DNA of 20,825 nt from a virus. The stretch lies in IMG/VR virus record IMGVR_UViG_3300009774_000029; one strand, 5' to 3'. Both the position numbers and the translations under genes were made by a program. This document shows, piece by piece, positions 1-8,455 of this stretch; within the stretch, counting starts at the first letter, position 1, and the number at the start of each line of letters is the position of its first letter. Under the pieces are notes generated by a model. The model was not told the origin of the DNA. It saw nothing but the letters and a program-made list of their open reading frames with translations, and did no database searches.

Positions 1-28
1 AATGTATACATTTTTTCGTTTCATTCAT
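1..28 (-). CDS. N-terminal start of a downstream phage structural-region ORF (MNETKKCIH...), cut by window edge
   Basis: Minus strand AAAGGGAGATGATTTT-ATG gives RBS plus start; frame stays open to the window edge. Confidence 0.4.
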
Positions 29-99
29 AAAATCATCTCCCTTTTACCATATTATAACATATTTTTATTAATTATGTGTCGAAAGTTGTCGATTTATTG

Positions 100-1059
100 T
101 TATTTTTGTTTATTATTATTTTTAATTGCAACTATTGTTGATCTACACGGATGATAAGTTGTAGTAATTGGTGGTAAATTTATTCCTGGTACTAAACCTT
201 TTGTTTTAGTAAGTATTATATCTCCCACTTCCTCATTGTACCTATAATATTCATTTGTATCGTTTATTTTAAATACTTGCGTATGCATACTTTTACATAC
301 TTTAGTAGTTCTATCATCAACTGTAGCTACATATTGCACTTCTTTAACATTAAAATTTTCACATGCTTTTAAATAACCAGTATGATAAATGCTTGTTGAC
401 ATTACTTCTAAAAAACCACTAAATTTAAGTTCTTCTGAATCTTCTTTTTTCTTTATATTTAAATTTAATTTGTTTTGAAGTTCTAATATCTTCTCAAATT
501 CATAGTTTTCTACATTAAGCTCTTTATTTTGTTGGTTATTTATTAGTGCTTGTTTTTTAATTTGTTCTGCATCATACTGTATTCTAGAACTTATATAATC
601 TTTATAGATATATCCTGAATTTACTTTCTTCAAAGCTAATGGTAGTAATATCAATAGATTTTGCTCATTTAAAGTTTCTTTTATATCAATTGTACAATTA
701 CTATACCCACTATTTAAAATCGTTACAAAGGCATCTTGACTGACCTTATCATATTGTTTATATTGATTATCATATATAAGCAATAATTTTAATTCTAATA
801 TATCTTGTTGGTACATGTTTTTTCTAGCTAATATTTTATTGGCCATAAATATTACATATTCACTAAATATACCTTTCTCTTTACAAGTATCAATATACCT
901 TTGCAACTTTTCTCTCTTTGTATAGCTTATTGGTTTTATATCTAATAAGTATATTTCATCAAATACCATCTGTATATCATCATGAGTAAAAGCATTTATT
1001 TTATCAAATCTTTCTTTAACATCTAACAACTCACTATCTAGCGCTAACCATCTATCCAT
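100..1059 (-). CDS. Phage head morphogenesis / minor capsid protein (SPP1 gp7 / Mu gpF type)
   Basis: C-terminal motif VATVDDRTTKVCKSMH...LPPITTTYHPCRSTI typical of the family; immediately follows the portal gene. Confidence 0.85.
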   Translation of the reverse strand: MDRWLALDSELLDVKERFDKINAFTHDDIQMVFDEIYLLDIKPISYTKREKLQRYIDTCKEKGIFSEYVIFMANKILARKNMYQQDILELKLLLIYDNQYKQYDKVSQDAFVTILNSGYSNCTIDIKETLNEQNLLILLPLALKKVNSGYIYKDYISSRIQYDAEQIKKQALINNQQNKELNVENYEFEKILELQNKLNLNIKKKEDSEELKFSGFLEVMSTSIYHTGYLKACENFNVKEVQYVATVDDRTTKVCKSMHTQVFKINDTNEYYRYNEEVGDIILTKTKGLVPGINLPPITTTYHPCRSTIVAIKNNNKQK

Positions 1060-2644
1060 TATTTATTGTTCCTTTATCGTTTAAAAGTGGAATTATCGGT
1101 TTTTTAATTTTATCTGAATTTATCGAAAGATTTACTTTTGGTATACCACTATTAGGTATTAAATCACCTTTTGATAAATTAGGTATGTTATTAGATGTTT
1201 TATTCATAAATATTTCCATTTTATCTGCATCTTGATCTGCAATCTTTTTAAGTTCTGCTTTTGTATCTAGATCATCAGGTAACATATCTATTACAGTCTC
1301 ATCACTTAATGTTCCTTTTAAACTTAATGCTCTATCAGTCTCTGTTTTCTTGTCAGTTGGTAAATTTCTTTTAAGTGATATTTTTATATCTCTAAAATCA
1401 AATTTAGTATTTTTCTTCTTATTTATTTTACCAACAATCAATTCCCATCTTCTCAATAATTGTTTCTTAAATTGTTTATCTGCATCAGTTATATTTTGCT
1501 CTAATGCAAAGAATTTTCTATCTAATGCGCTCGCATTATCTGCATTTGTAAATCCTAAATCTGTTATATTTGGAACTCCAGTTATCATTGATATTAAATC
1601 AACTAATGTTTTTTTGTGATTTTGAAGTGCAGTATCTTTAACATCTTTTTCTACCCATCCTATATCACCATTTTCAGGTATATAGAAAGTTCTAGTTTTT
1701 AATATGTACTCATCTTCTTTTTCTCTAGCTGGATTTATTATAGTTTCACCTTCATCATTAGTTGTAGTTGTTTCATTCTCTGGAGCATATCCTATAATTT
1801 TAAGTTTTGCATCATCATTATATTGAAAAGTATTTCTGCTATTCTGCATAACTCTTTCATATGCACAAATCAACGAAATAACTAACTCGAAACAAGCTAA
1901 TCCATCTCTGTTTTCAATTGCTATACAAGGTAATTCATCCCACTTTTGTGATTTAGATAATTTTTTGTTTTCTTTAAATTCTTTTTCCTTTGCTTTACTG
2001 TTATTATAAAATTTCTTTCCACTTGTAGTAGTTAATTCTACCATAGTAATATCTGTATTATTACTATCCTTTTCTAGCCATCTTCTTACTTGTCCTATTT
2101 GATTAACTGGTGTAGAATAATCATATATAGCTACTGTATTTAAAGGACTTGTTTTAGTATATACAATCTCATTGTTTTTATTTTCATATAATGTCTCATA
2201 ACATGCATTCATACAAAAATAATCAAAAGCAAGGTCATAGAACTCTGTTGAATCATCATTATATTTAGTAACATAATCTATAATTGATTTTAATTCATCT
2301 GGATCATTGCTTGTACCAAATATTTTATTAAATAACTTTTGAATTATTCCTTTTTGTTTTTCATCAACTGTTTTATTTATAGAATATAGTGGAGCTTTAC
2401 CTGCAAAGAATCCAGTTGTCATATTTGTAATATAAAATTCAAACCCTACTTTTATTTTATCATCAGTAGTGCTTACTAACTCCGAATAACTTGATTTTCT
2501 TCTGAATCTCTCATATAATTGTTTTCTTTTATTCCATTCTATTTCAGCTAAACTTAATATACTTGCAATACTATTTTCACTTTCTAAAGTTTCAACATTC
2601 CATTGTATCATTTTTATACCACCTTCTTTGTACTCATTTGCCAA
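1052..2644 (-). CDS. Phage portal protein (SPP1 gp6-like)
   Basis: Size, position between TerL and gp7-like protein, motifs VLIDMITGVPNITDLGF and portal-like N-terminus. Confidence 0.85.
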   Translation of the reverse strand: MANEYKEGGIKMIQWNVETLESENSIASILSLAEIEWNKRKQLYERFRRKSSYSELVSTTDDKIKVGFEFYITNMTTGFFAGKAPLYSINKTVDEKQKGIIQKLFNKIFGTSNDPDELKSIIDYVTKYNDDSTEFYDLAFDYFCMNACYETLYENKNNEIVYTKTSPLNTVAIYDYSTPVNQIGQVRRWLEKDSNNTDITMVELTTTSGKKFYNNSKAKEKEFKENKKLSKSQKWDELPCIAIENRDGLACFELVISLICAYERVMQNSRNTFQYNDDAKLKIIGYAPENETTTTNDEGETIINPAREKEDEYILKTRTFYIPENGDIGWVEKDVKDTALQNHKKTLVDLISMITGVPNITDLGFTNADNASALDRKFFALEQNITDADKQFKKQLLRRWELIVGKINKKKNTKFDFRDIKISLKRNLPTDKKTETDRALSLKGTLSDETVIDMLPDDLDTKAELKKIADQDADKMEIFMNKTSNNIPNLSKGDLIPNSGIPKVNLSINSDKIKKPIIPLLNDKGTINNG

Positions 2645-3885
2645 TTTTTAACTTTTCTTATAAATCTCTCTAATGCATATCTCATAGCATCCATTAAATG
2701 ATTGAAATCATCAATTGGTATATTTAATTTGTTTCCAAATTTGTCTTTAGCCCATGTATAATTACTTATTTCAGTTAAATAATTAACACAACTAGGATGT
2801 ATTATTATTTCAAAATCTTGTATAAATTGTACTCCATTATTAATACTGTCTTTTCCTTTAACTGCTCCTATTATCCTTTTTAATCCTAGTGATAACAGTT
2901 CATCAATGCTCTTTGGTTCTGAACTATCTGCAGTAATCTTTTCTTTTGCATATCCCATTGTACTAACTTCAGTGTATATTGCTTTATTTGATAAACCTTT
3001 TTTATAAAGTTCATCATATACATATATTTTTCTATTAACCAAATCAATTGAACCGCAAAAAAGCGCTGTAGGATCATTGGTATAACCAAAATCTAATCCA
3101 AAAGCACTCTCTAAATTTCTTATTATATTTATATCGAATTTTTCTTCTTTCCAATTCTCATATATTAAGCCATCTACTATACCCCAATTTCCTAATCCTG
3201 CTACTGCATATCTTCTAGGATTATCTCTTTTCATTCTTTCAAATACTTTTTTATCTGCAGCATCTAAAAATTCATTACATGTATAATTTGTAGTTAATGC
3301 TAATATATCTTCATCTGGAGAAACATCAAAAAATCTTTTCTTTAACCAATGTTTTTCATTCCAAGGATTAAATGTTATTGTTATTTGCTTAAATAATCCA
3401 TCAGGTACTTCTCCTCTTATAGACTCATCTAAAATATCGAAATCATCTTGTTTAGTAATCTCATATGCTTCTTCAATCCACATCCAACATAAGCAACCAA
3501 TATCTACAGTAATAGATGTAACTTTTAAAGGATCGTCTAATCCTCTAAAATATATTTTCTGGCCTGTAGGTTTATATGTTAATTCGAGTGGAGATTCTTT
3601 TACATCCCACCATGCATCAACTTTTAATCTATGTATTGCCCATTTAAGTTCTGCAAAACACGAGTCTTTTAATGTTCTATATGTTTTACGAACAACCAAT
3701 AAGTTAGCATCTGGATATTTCATCAAATTAGTTATATACCACAATGCTGTAGTTTTAGATTTTTTACTAGCTCTAGAACCTTTAACAACTCTATACCTGC
3801 CTTTAAAGTTCCAAAACTTTTTATATCCTCCACCTATTACATCAGGTAAATATACTCTAGTCTTATTATTAGTCTGCAAGTTCAT
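2614..3885 (-). CDS. terL: Terminase large subunit (PBSX/Terminase_3 type)
   Basis: RYRVVKGSRASKKSKTTALW (Walker A-like), CLCWMWIEEAYEI (Walker B-like), nuclease-type FGLDFGYTNDPTAL. Confidence 0.93.
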   Translation of the reverse strand: MNLQTNNKTRVYLPDVIGGGYKKFWNFKGRYRVVKGSRASKKSKTTALWYITNLMKYPDANLLVVRKTYRTLKDSCFAELKWAIHRLKVDAWWDVKESPLELTYKPTGQKIYFRGLDDPLKVTSITVDIGCLCWMWIEEAYEITKQDDFDILDESIRGEVPDGLFKQITITFNPWNEKHWLKKRFFDVSPDEDILALTTNYTCNEFLDAADKKVFERMKRDNPRRYAVAGLGNWGIVDGLIYENWKEEKFDINIIRNLESAFGLDFGYTNDPTALFCGSIDLVNRKIYVYDELYKKGLSNKAIYTEVSTMGYAKEKITADSSEPKSIDELLSLGLKRIIGAVKGKDSINNGVQFIQDFEIIIHPSCVNYLTEISNYTWAKDKFGNKLNIPIDDFNHLMDAMRYALERFIRKVKNWQMSTKKVV

Positions 3886-4283
3886 CTTCTCCTGTAATTA
3901 CGACAGGTATAGCTCCATCAATTTTTAGTTTATCATTTAACAGTCCGTGTCTTCTCGCAAGTAATTCAGCTGCTTTATTTCTTTCTTTAAGTGGAGCATC
4001 TAAATCGAATTGGTCCTTTATATTGCCTCTCATTACTTCAGTTAAATAAATTAGAACTTCATTTTGATCTGCTACTAATTCTTTCTTTTTATCTGCTAAT
4101 ACTGAATCTATAAATTCTCTTATTTTAGGCTTTTTAATCAGCCTGGATGCATTTACTTTACATGTATCTTGATTTTCATTTGTGAATGCTTTACGGTATG
4201 ATTCTGCGCCGATTAAGGCTTTCTATATAATGATGACAAAATAATTCTTGTTTCCTGGTTATTTTTTTATCTTCATTATCCAC
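3869..4283 (-). pseudogene. terS: Terminase small subunit, interrupted by a single-base +1 frame disruption near 4213
   Basis: GTG start at 4283..4281 with RBS AAGGAAGGTGG; frame 1 VDNEDKKITRKQELFCHHYIESLN, frame 2 GAESYRKAFTNENQDTCKVNASRLIKKPKIREFIDSVLADKKKELVADQNEVLIYLTEVMRGNIKDQFDLDAPLKERNKAAELLARRHGLLNDKLKIDGAIPVVITGEDELAD. Span 415 nt = 3x138+1; stop overlaps the terL start. Confidence 0.85.
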
Positions 4284-4533
4284 TTAATCCACCTTCCTTT
4301 ATGCGATTTATCTGTTTCTCATATTTATATTCTTTAGCTAAAAATATAACAACTTCAATAATACTATAAAAATCTTCTCCATCACTTTTTGGATGATATT
4401 TATATATAGTGTATTTAGTTGTCATCTTATCTCTATCTTTGTTATAATACTGCGTTGTACTCATTTTATAGTTCACATCTAATCTATTTAATACAAACAA
4501 TAATTTCTTTACCATTGCATTTGGATTTTCCAC
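4276..4533 (-). CDS. Hypothetical phage protein (85 aa)
   Basis: Open ORF overlapping the terS start (translational coupling). Confidence 0.6.
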   Translation of the reverse strand: MENPNAMVKKLLFVLNRLDVNYKMSTTQYYNKDRDKMTTKYTIYKYHPKSDGEDFYSIIEVVIFLAKEYKYEKQINRIKEGGLSG

Positions 4534-4550
4534 AGTATCACCTCATTTAT

Positions 4551-4754
4551 CTATATTTTAAAATAATTTGCGCACTTGTATATTTCAACACCATCTTTTA
4601 ATAAATGATCTAATTTTAAGCATCCTTCTCCACTGTTTACACAATCAGGACAGCAACGATTTTTTACTATTTTTAATTGTTGCTTTTGCTTTTCTTCTGA
4701 TTTTCTAATTATATCAGAATATTTACTATCTTTACTTTGTTTCTTAACATTCAT
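4551..4754 (-). CDS. Small Cys-containing phage protein; likely first gene of the late operon
   Basis: ATG at 4754..4752 (track uses GTG at 4763); CCPDCVNSGEGC...YKCANYF. Confidence 0.55.
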   Translation of the reverse strand: MNVKKQSKDSKYSDIIRKSEEKQKQQLKIVKNRCCPDCVNSGEGCLKLDHLLKDGVEIYKCANYFKI

Positions 4755-4780
4755 TTGTATCACTACCTTTTTTAAAAATA

Positions 4781-4819
4781 AAATAATAGAGCAATCTATT
4801 AAAAATCACTCTATTATTT
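4781..4819. promoter_or_regulatory. 11-bp perfect inverted repeat AAATAATAGAG / CTCTATTATTT upstream of the late operon
   Basis: Arms 4781-4791 and 4809-4819, 17-nt spacer, between terminator 4869-4904 and the first late gene. Confidence 0.6.
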
Positions 4820-4868
4820 AGGAGGTTGATATATGAAAACTAAGGCATAGCCTTAATCTGCATGCAAT

Positions 4869-4904
4869 AAAAAAAAGCAACCCATTGAAAAAGTTGCTTT
4901 TTTT
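4869..4904. terminator. Bidirectional rho-independent terminator
   Basis: AAAAAAAGCAAC-CCATTGAAAAA-GTTGCTTTTTTT; A and T tracts on opposite sides. Confidence 0.85.
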
Positions 4905-4996
4905 ATTTCGAGTAAATTATCTTATGATAATCTCTACTATACTAATTATATCACAAATTTCATTTAAAAACTATCATGTTTCTATCACGTTGTAGT

Positions 4997-5413
4997 TTAT
5001 AAATAGCCTAACTCTTGTGCTAAAGCATATATAATACGATTTTTATACCTATGGAATGTTGCTTCACCTATTGGCATATCCATACATACCTTTGTCTTAA
5101 AATAACCATTTTCAAAATATAATTTATAAAAATCTTTTTGAGTTTCATTTAATCCTTTTAATACCTTTTTTATTGCTTCTACTGTGTATTTTAACCTATG
5201 TATCATTTTGTTGCTCATAAGTTCACTTACTTTACTTGTTTGTTGCTCATTTCCTCTATTTGGACTTCCAGGCATACCAGGATCTGATGTAGGACTACTT
5301 TCAATTATATCAAGTTCCAATTCTTTTATTAATTCTTCATTTTCTGTGTAATCTCTTAACTCTTTTTCTAAATAATTTTTGATTTCCTTTGTTAATTTTT
5401 TATTCATAACCAT
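4997..5413 (-). CDS. RinA/ArpU-like phage late-transcription regulator (sigma-70 region 4-like HTH)
   Basis: ...LKYTVEAIKKVLKGLNETQKDFYKLYFENGYFKTKVCMDMPIGEATFHRYKNRIIYALAQELG; located just upstream of the late operon. Confidence 0.75.
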   Translation of the reverse strand: MVMNKKLTKEIKNYLEKELRDYTENEELIKELELDIIESSPTSDPGMPGSPNRGNEQQTSKVSELMSNKMIHRLKYTVEAIKKVLKGLNETQKDFYKLYFENGYFKTKVCMDMPIGEATFHRYKNRIIYALAQELGYL

Positions 5414-5445
5414 TTAATTACCCCCTTATAAGTAACTAGCTTGTC

Positions 5446-5580
5446 CTATATTATTCTTACAATAAATTCTACAATTTTATATCCAAGTTCATCAAATATA
5501 TTAAATCCTATGATAGCTGCAATACTTATTATTAGTATTAATGCAGCTATCACTAGCAATGTATAAATTAAAAACTTCAT
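5446..5580 (-). CDS. 44-aa single-TM phage protein MKFLIYTLLVIAALILIISIAAIIGFNIFDELGYKIVEFIVRII
   Basis: Strong RBS AAAAGGGGGATAATT-ATG; not in the supplied ORF track. Confidence 0.6.
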   Translation of the reverse strand: MKFLIYTLLVIAALILIISIAAIIGFNIFDELGYKIVEFIVRII

Positions 5581-5592
5581 AATTATCCCCCT

Positions 5593-5630
5593 TTTATCCC
5601 GTATTACGGGAATTACTTTTTAAAAAAAAT
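5593..5630. repeat. 38-bp direct repeat copy 1, with 15-bp palindrome TCCCGTATTACGGGA at 5597-5611
   Basis: Identical base for base to 17993-18030. Confidence 0.95.
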
Positions 5631-5653
5631 ATGTTTATTTTTAATTCTATCTT

Positions 5654-5896
5654 CTATTGTAGATATTTAGCACTTACTCCCATACTTTTAATTATAGTAT
5701 CTTGAATACTTGTCATATCTATATTTATTCCTCTATCTATTCCTATTGGATATTGTCTGTCTTCGTATAATAATACTGGTTGATGTGCTAACTTAGTTTC
5801 ATCTACATATGCAAGTGTTTCTAATGCTTTACTATTGCAATTATCTTTGAATTTACATTCTTTACACTCTTTACATATTCTGCTTAATCCACTCAT
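5654..5896 (-). CDS. Small Cys-rich phage hypothetical protein
   Basis: ICKECKECKFKDNCNSKALETLAYVDETKLAHQPVLLYEDRQYPIG...; likely internal ATG (MSGLSR). Confidence 0.55.
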   Translation of the reverse strand: MSGLSRICKECKECKFKDNCNSKALETLAYVDETKLAHQPVLLYEDRQYPIGIDRGINIDMTSIQDTIIKSMGVSAKYLQ

Positions 5897-6135
5897 ACAC
5901 ACACCTTCTTTCTCATTAAATTAATTTGTTTCTTTCTTATCCTCTTGGACTTTGTTCTCATATAAATCATATTATACTTTTTATAATATTGAATATTCCT
6001 GCATATTGGTCCAAATGTTTTTATAAACCATTCAACTATTGGCTTAAATGCTTCTATTATTTGCTCTGCTAGCTTTTTAAACGATTCTATACATCTATCT
6101 ATTGTATCCTGCTGTTCTTGTGTTAGTTCATTCAT
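5893..6135 (-). CDS. Phage hypothetical protein (80 aa)
   Basis: Open ORF, coupled to its neighbours. Confidence 0.55.
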   Translation of the reverse strand: MNELTQEQQDTIDRCIESFKKLAEQIIEAFKPIVEWFIKTFGPICRNIQYYKKYNMIYMRTKSKRIRKKQINLMRKKVCV

Positions 6136-6398
6136 TGCTTGTCCCCCTTCAAATACTTATATACTTTGTCTTTTAAATTATAATCTTGTTCAGTCCTAAA
6201 AGTTATTGCATCTTTAGTCATTCCATGAAACTTTATTAACCATATAGTAGATGTTCTGCTATCAAAATCAAATCCAACATACTTTATTAATGGCTTTTTA
6301 TAATTGTGATCATGTCTTACTAATGTTTTTTTCCATCCATTATTTTCTTCTATATATTTCAATAGCTCTGCAAGTTCTGTATAATTTAAACCATTCAT
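6132..6398 (-). CDS. Phage hypothetical protein (88 aa)
   Basis: Open ORF with GGGGGACAAATAGC RBS. Confidence 0.6.
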   Translation of the reverse strand: MNGLNYTELAELLKYIEENNGWKKTLVRHDHNYKKPLIKYVGFDFDSRTSTIWLIKFHGMTKDAITFRTEQDYNLKDKVYKYLKGDKQ

Positions 6399-6412
6399 GC
6401 TATTTGTCCCCC

Positions 6413-6613
6413 TTATTTAACCAAATTAACTAACATTGCTATAAATTGATTACACTTTTCATATGGTACTAATTGAGGATGATGATCGTTGTAGTTATCT
6501 CTATGTAAAACTCTTTTATTATATTTTTTACACATATGAGGTATCTTCTTTCCACATATATTTTGTTGATATTCTGTTATATTTAAATACTTGCATTTAT
6601 TGCAATCATACAT
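6413..6613 (-). CDS. Small Cys-rich (putative zinc-binding) protein
   Basis: MYDCNKCKYLNITEYQQNICGKKIPHMCKKY. Confidence 0.55.
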   Translation of the reverse strand: MYDCNKCKYLNITEYQQNICGKKIPHMCKKYNKRVLHRDNYNDHHPQLVPYEKCNQFIAMLVNLVK

Positions 6614-6614
6614 A

Positions 6615-6809
6615 CTACTTGTCCTCCTTACTTAAAGAATTTGCTTGAAAAACTGTTTTAGAACAGTGTGGACACGTTGATATCAGACCTAATGCCATAT
6701 ATTCAAAGGCTAGTTCACATTCATCAGTTTCAAATATACAATCACATACAATGCATTTAAATCTAACGATTTCTTTTAAATTCCTACCTTTTTTAATTAT
6801 ATTTTTCAT
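6615..6809 (-). CDS. Small zinc-ribbon-like protein
   Basis: FKCIVCDCIFETDECELAFEY...STCPHCSKTVFQ. Confidence 0.6.
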   Translation of the reverse strand: MKNIIKKGRNLKEIVRFKCIVCDCIFETDECELAFEYMALGLISTCPHCSKTVFQANSLSKEDK

Positions 6810-7018
6810 ATGTTTCTCCTTTTTCTTGGTAATAATTTAGTTGTATATTTTACTGTAGTTTCTCTATGCATTTTAAAACTTCTTAAACAAATAGGACAAT
6901 CTATTTTATAATCATCTTCTGCATATTCATAATTATCTGCAAATTCACTTTCACAATTAGGACAAATTATTTTATTTGATTCCATATGTTTATTCATTCT
7001 CCTTTCCTTTGTTTTCAA
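6806..7018 (-). CDS. Small zinc-ribbon protein
   Basis: KIICPNCESEFADNYEYAEDDYKIDCPICLRSF. Confidence 0.6.
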   Translation of the reverse strand: MKTKERRMNKHMESNKIICPNCESEFADNYEYAEDDYKIDCPICLRSFKMHRETTVKYTTKLLPRKRRNI

Positions 7019-7427
7019 AATATTGCATCAATCCCTTTGATTCTACTTTACCAGTTCCATTTATTAAGTCTTTTTCAATTTTATTTATTATTTTTGCCTC
7101 ACTTTCAAATTCTCTTATTATTTCATCTTTAGTCATTACTCTAGTTTCATTTAATATACATGTATTTCTTATATAATTCGCCATCAATTCTATTACTTTA
7201 TTACTATCTATATAATCACTTATTATCATATTAGCTGCATATAAATCTGATTTTAATTCTTCTATTACTTTATCCTTATCTCTTGATTCACTTCTTAGAT
7301 CTTCAATAAACTTCATTGTCTTTTCCATACTGAAATGTGAATTATATTGTATACTAGATAAATTACCCATTACTTCTTTAAATCTATCTTCCATATTAAA
7401 CCTCCTATTATCTCTTTTTATATCCAA
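6990..7427 (-). CDS. Phage hypothetical protein, coiled-coil-like; start probably the internal ATG of MEDRFKEV
   Basis: AATAGGAGGTTTAAT-ATG RBS. Confidence 0.55.
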   Translation of the reverse strand: MDIKRDNRRFNMEDRFKEVMGNLSSIQYNSHFSMEKTMKFIEDLRSESRDKDKVIEELKSDLYAANMIISDYIDSNKVIELMANYIRNTCILNETRVMTKDEIIREFESEAKIINKIEKDLINGTGKVESKGLMQYFENKGKENE

Positions 7428-7548
7428 TACATAATTTATTTTGTTTTACTGTTCTATTTATACAATCATCTTTGATACAACCATAACATGTCATTTTAGG
7501 TATTTTATAAATATATTTATCAATGAATTTTAATATTTTATTTATCAT
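7408..7548 (-). CDS. 46-aa protein MINKILKFIDKYIYKIPKMTCYGCIKDDCINRTVKQNKLCIGYKKR
   Basis: RBS TTAGAGGTATAGT-ATG; four Cys; not in the track. Confidence 0.5.
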   Translation of the reverse strand: MINKILKFIDKYIYKIPKMTCYGCIKDDCINRTVKQNKLCIGYKKR

Positions 7549-7549
7549 A

Positions 7550-7840
7550 CTATACCTCTAACTCTTTTAAATAATCTAATAGTTCTTGGTCTCTTTTATT
7601 TAATAATGTTCTTTCAGCGAAAGCTATACTTTTTGCAGGATAGTTTTGACTGCATCTTCTATGTATATCATTTTTTAATATTTCTTTTAACTTATCTACT
7701 AAATCTATACATTGTATTGAATAAACTATTGCTTCTGAAACTTCCTCATGATAGTCTGGATCTGTTTGTTTTTCATAATCACGTTTAACTTCTTGTAATT
7801 TTAAAATATATCTTTTTTTCATTATTTCACTTGGTTTCAT
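7550..7840 (-). CDS. Phage hypothetical protein (96 aa)
   Basis: Open ORF with GGAGATAAGAG RBS. Confidence 0.55.
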   Translation of the reverse strand: MKPSEIMKKRYILKLQEVKRDYEKQTDPDYHEEVSEAIVYSIQCIDLVDKLKEILKNDIHRRCSQNYPAKSIAFAERTLLNKRDQELLDYLKELEV

Positions 7841-7843
7841 CTC

Positions 7844-8020
7844 TTATCTCCTCTCACACATGTTAGTTTTTTCATTCCAACAAGCACACTCTTTCTTATT
7901 GCAATCACCAAAACTCTGTATTTCTACAAGAGTATGCTTTTCTCTTTTAATTACTCCATCTTCATTTGCATATAGCATTGCAGTTGTTTGTTGTATATTA
8001 AGTTTATGTGGACATTTCAT
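7844..8020 (-). CDS. 58-aa Cys-rich protein MKCPHKLNIQQTTAMLYANEDGVIKREKHTLVEIQSFGDCNKKECACWNEKTNMCERR
   Basis: Open frame, packed between adjacent genes; not in the track. Confidence 0.5.
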   Translation of the reverse strand: MKCPHKLNIQQTTAMLYANEDGVIKREKHTLVEIQSFGDCNKKECACWNEKTNMCERR

Positions 8021-8451
8021 ACATTTATCATCTCCTTTAAAATTAGTCTATATTTCTTGTTATTTTTATGCACTACTTCGTTGTGATGATATTCACAAAG
8101 CATACAGCAGTTGTCTACGTTGTTTGTTCTACCTTTACCACGACCATTAATGTGATGTAAGTCTAATTTGCCTTTACAATCCTTATCTTGTAGCCTGCAT
8201 CCATCATCTCTTTTATAAACTGTTTTATACGTTAGCTCTGATACTTCTTCTTTATTTTTACTTTTTTTATTAATCGGCTTCGTACTCTTTTTCATAGGTG
8301 CTTTTGCTTTCAACTGTGTCTTTGTTTTAAGTGGCTTTTTAGCCTTTATTGTTTTTGTTTGTATAGTTTTGCTCACTAATGGTTTTTTCTCTTGTTTGAT
8401 ACCATTCTTACTGAATTTTGCTAGTGCATAATCATTTACGTTGTTTGCCAT
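8017..8451 (-). CDS. HNH endonuclease-like protein with Lys-rich N-terminus
   Basis: CRLQDKDCKGKLDLHHINGRGKGRTNNVDNCCMLCEYHHNEVH-type HNH motif. Confidence 0.8.
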   Translation of the reverse strand: MANNVNDYALAKFSKNGIKQEKKPLVSKTIQTKTIKAKKPLKTKTQLKAKAPMKKSTKPINKKSKNKEEVSELTYKTVYKRDDGCRLQDKDCKGKLDLHHINGRGKGRTNNVDNCCMLCEYHHNEVVHKNNKKYRLILKEMINV

Positions 8452-8455
8452 TTAA

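Noticed and set aside
1350-1619. Plus-strand 89-aa ORF
   Set aside because: Antisense inside the convincing portal gene; low-complexity Phe/Leu/Ser composition typical of the reverse of AT-rich coding sequence.
2886-3089. Minus-strand 67-aa ORF in another frame
   Set aside because: Nested entirely within terL, no RBS support.
4419-4601. Plus-strand 60-aa ORF
   Set aside because: Antisense to two minus-strand genes, composition artefact.
7860-8150. Plus-strand 96-aa ORF
   Set aside because: Antisense to the 58-aa Cys-rich ORF and the HNH gene; no recognisable domain or RBS.
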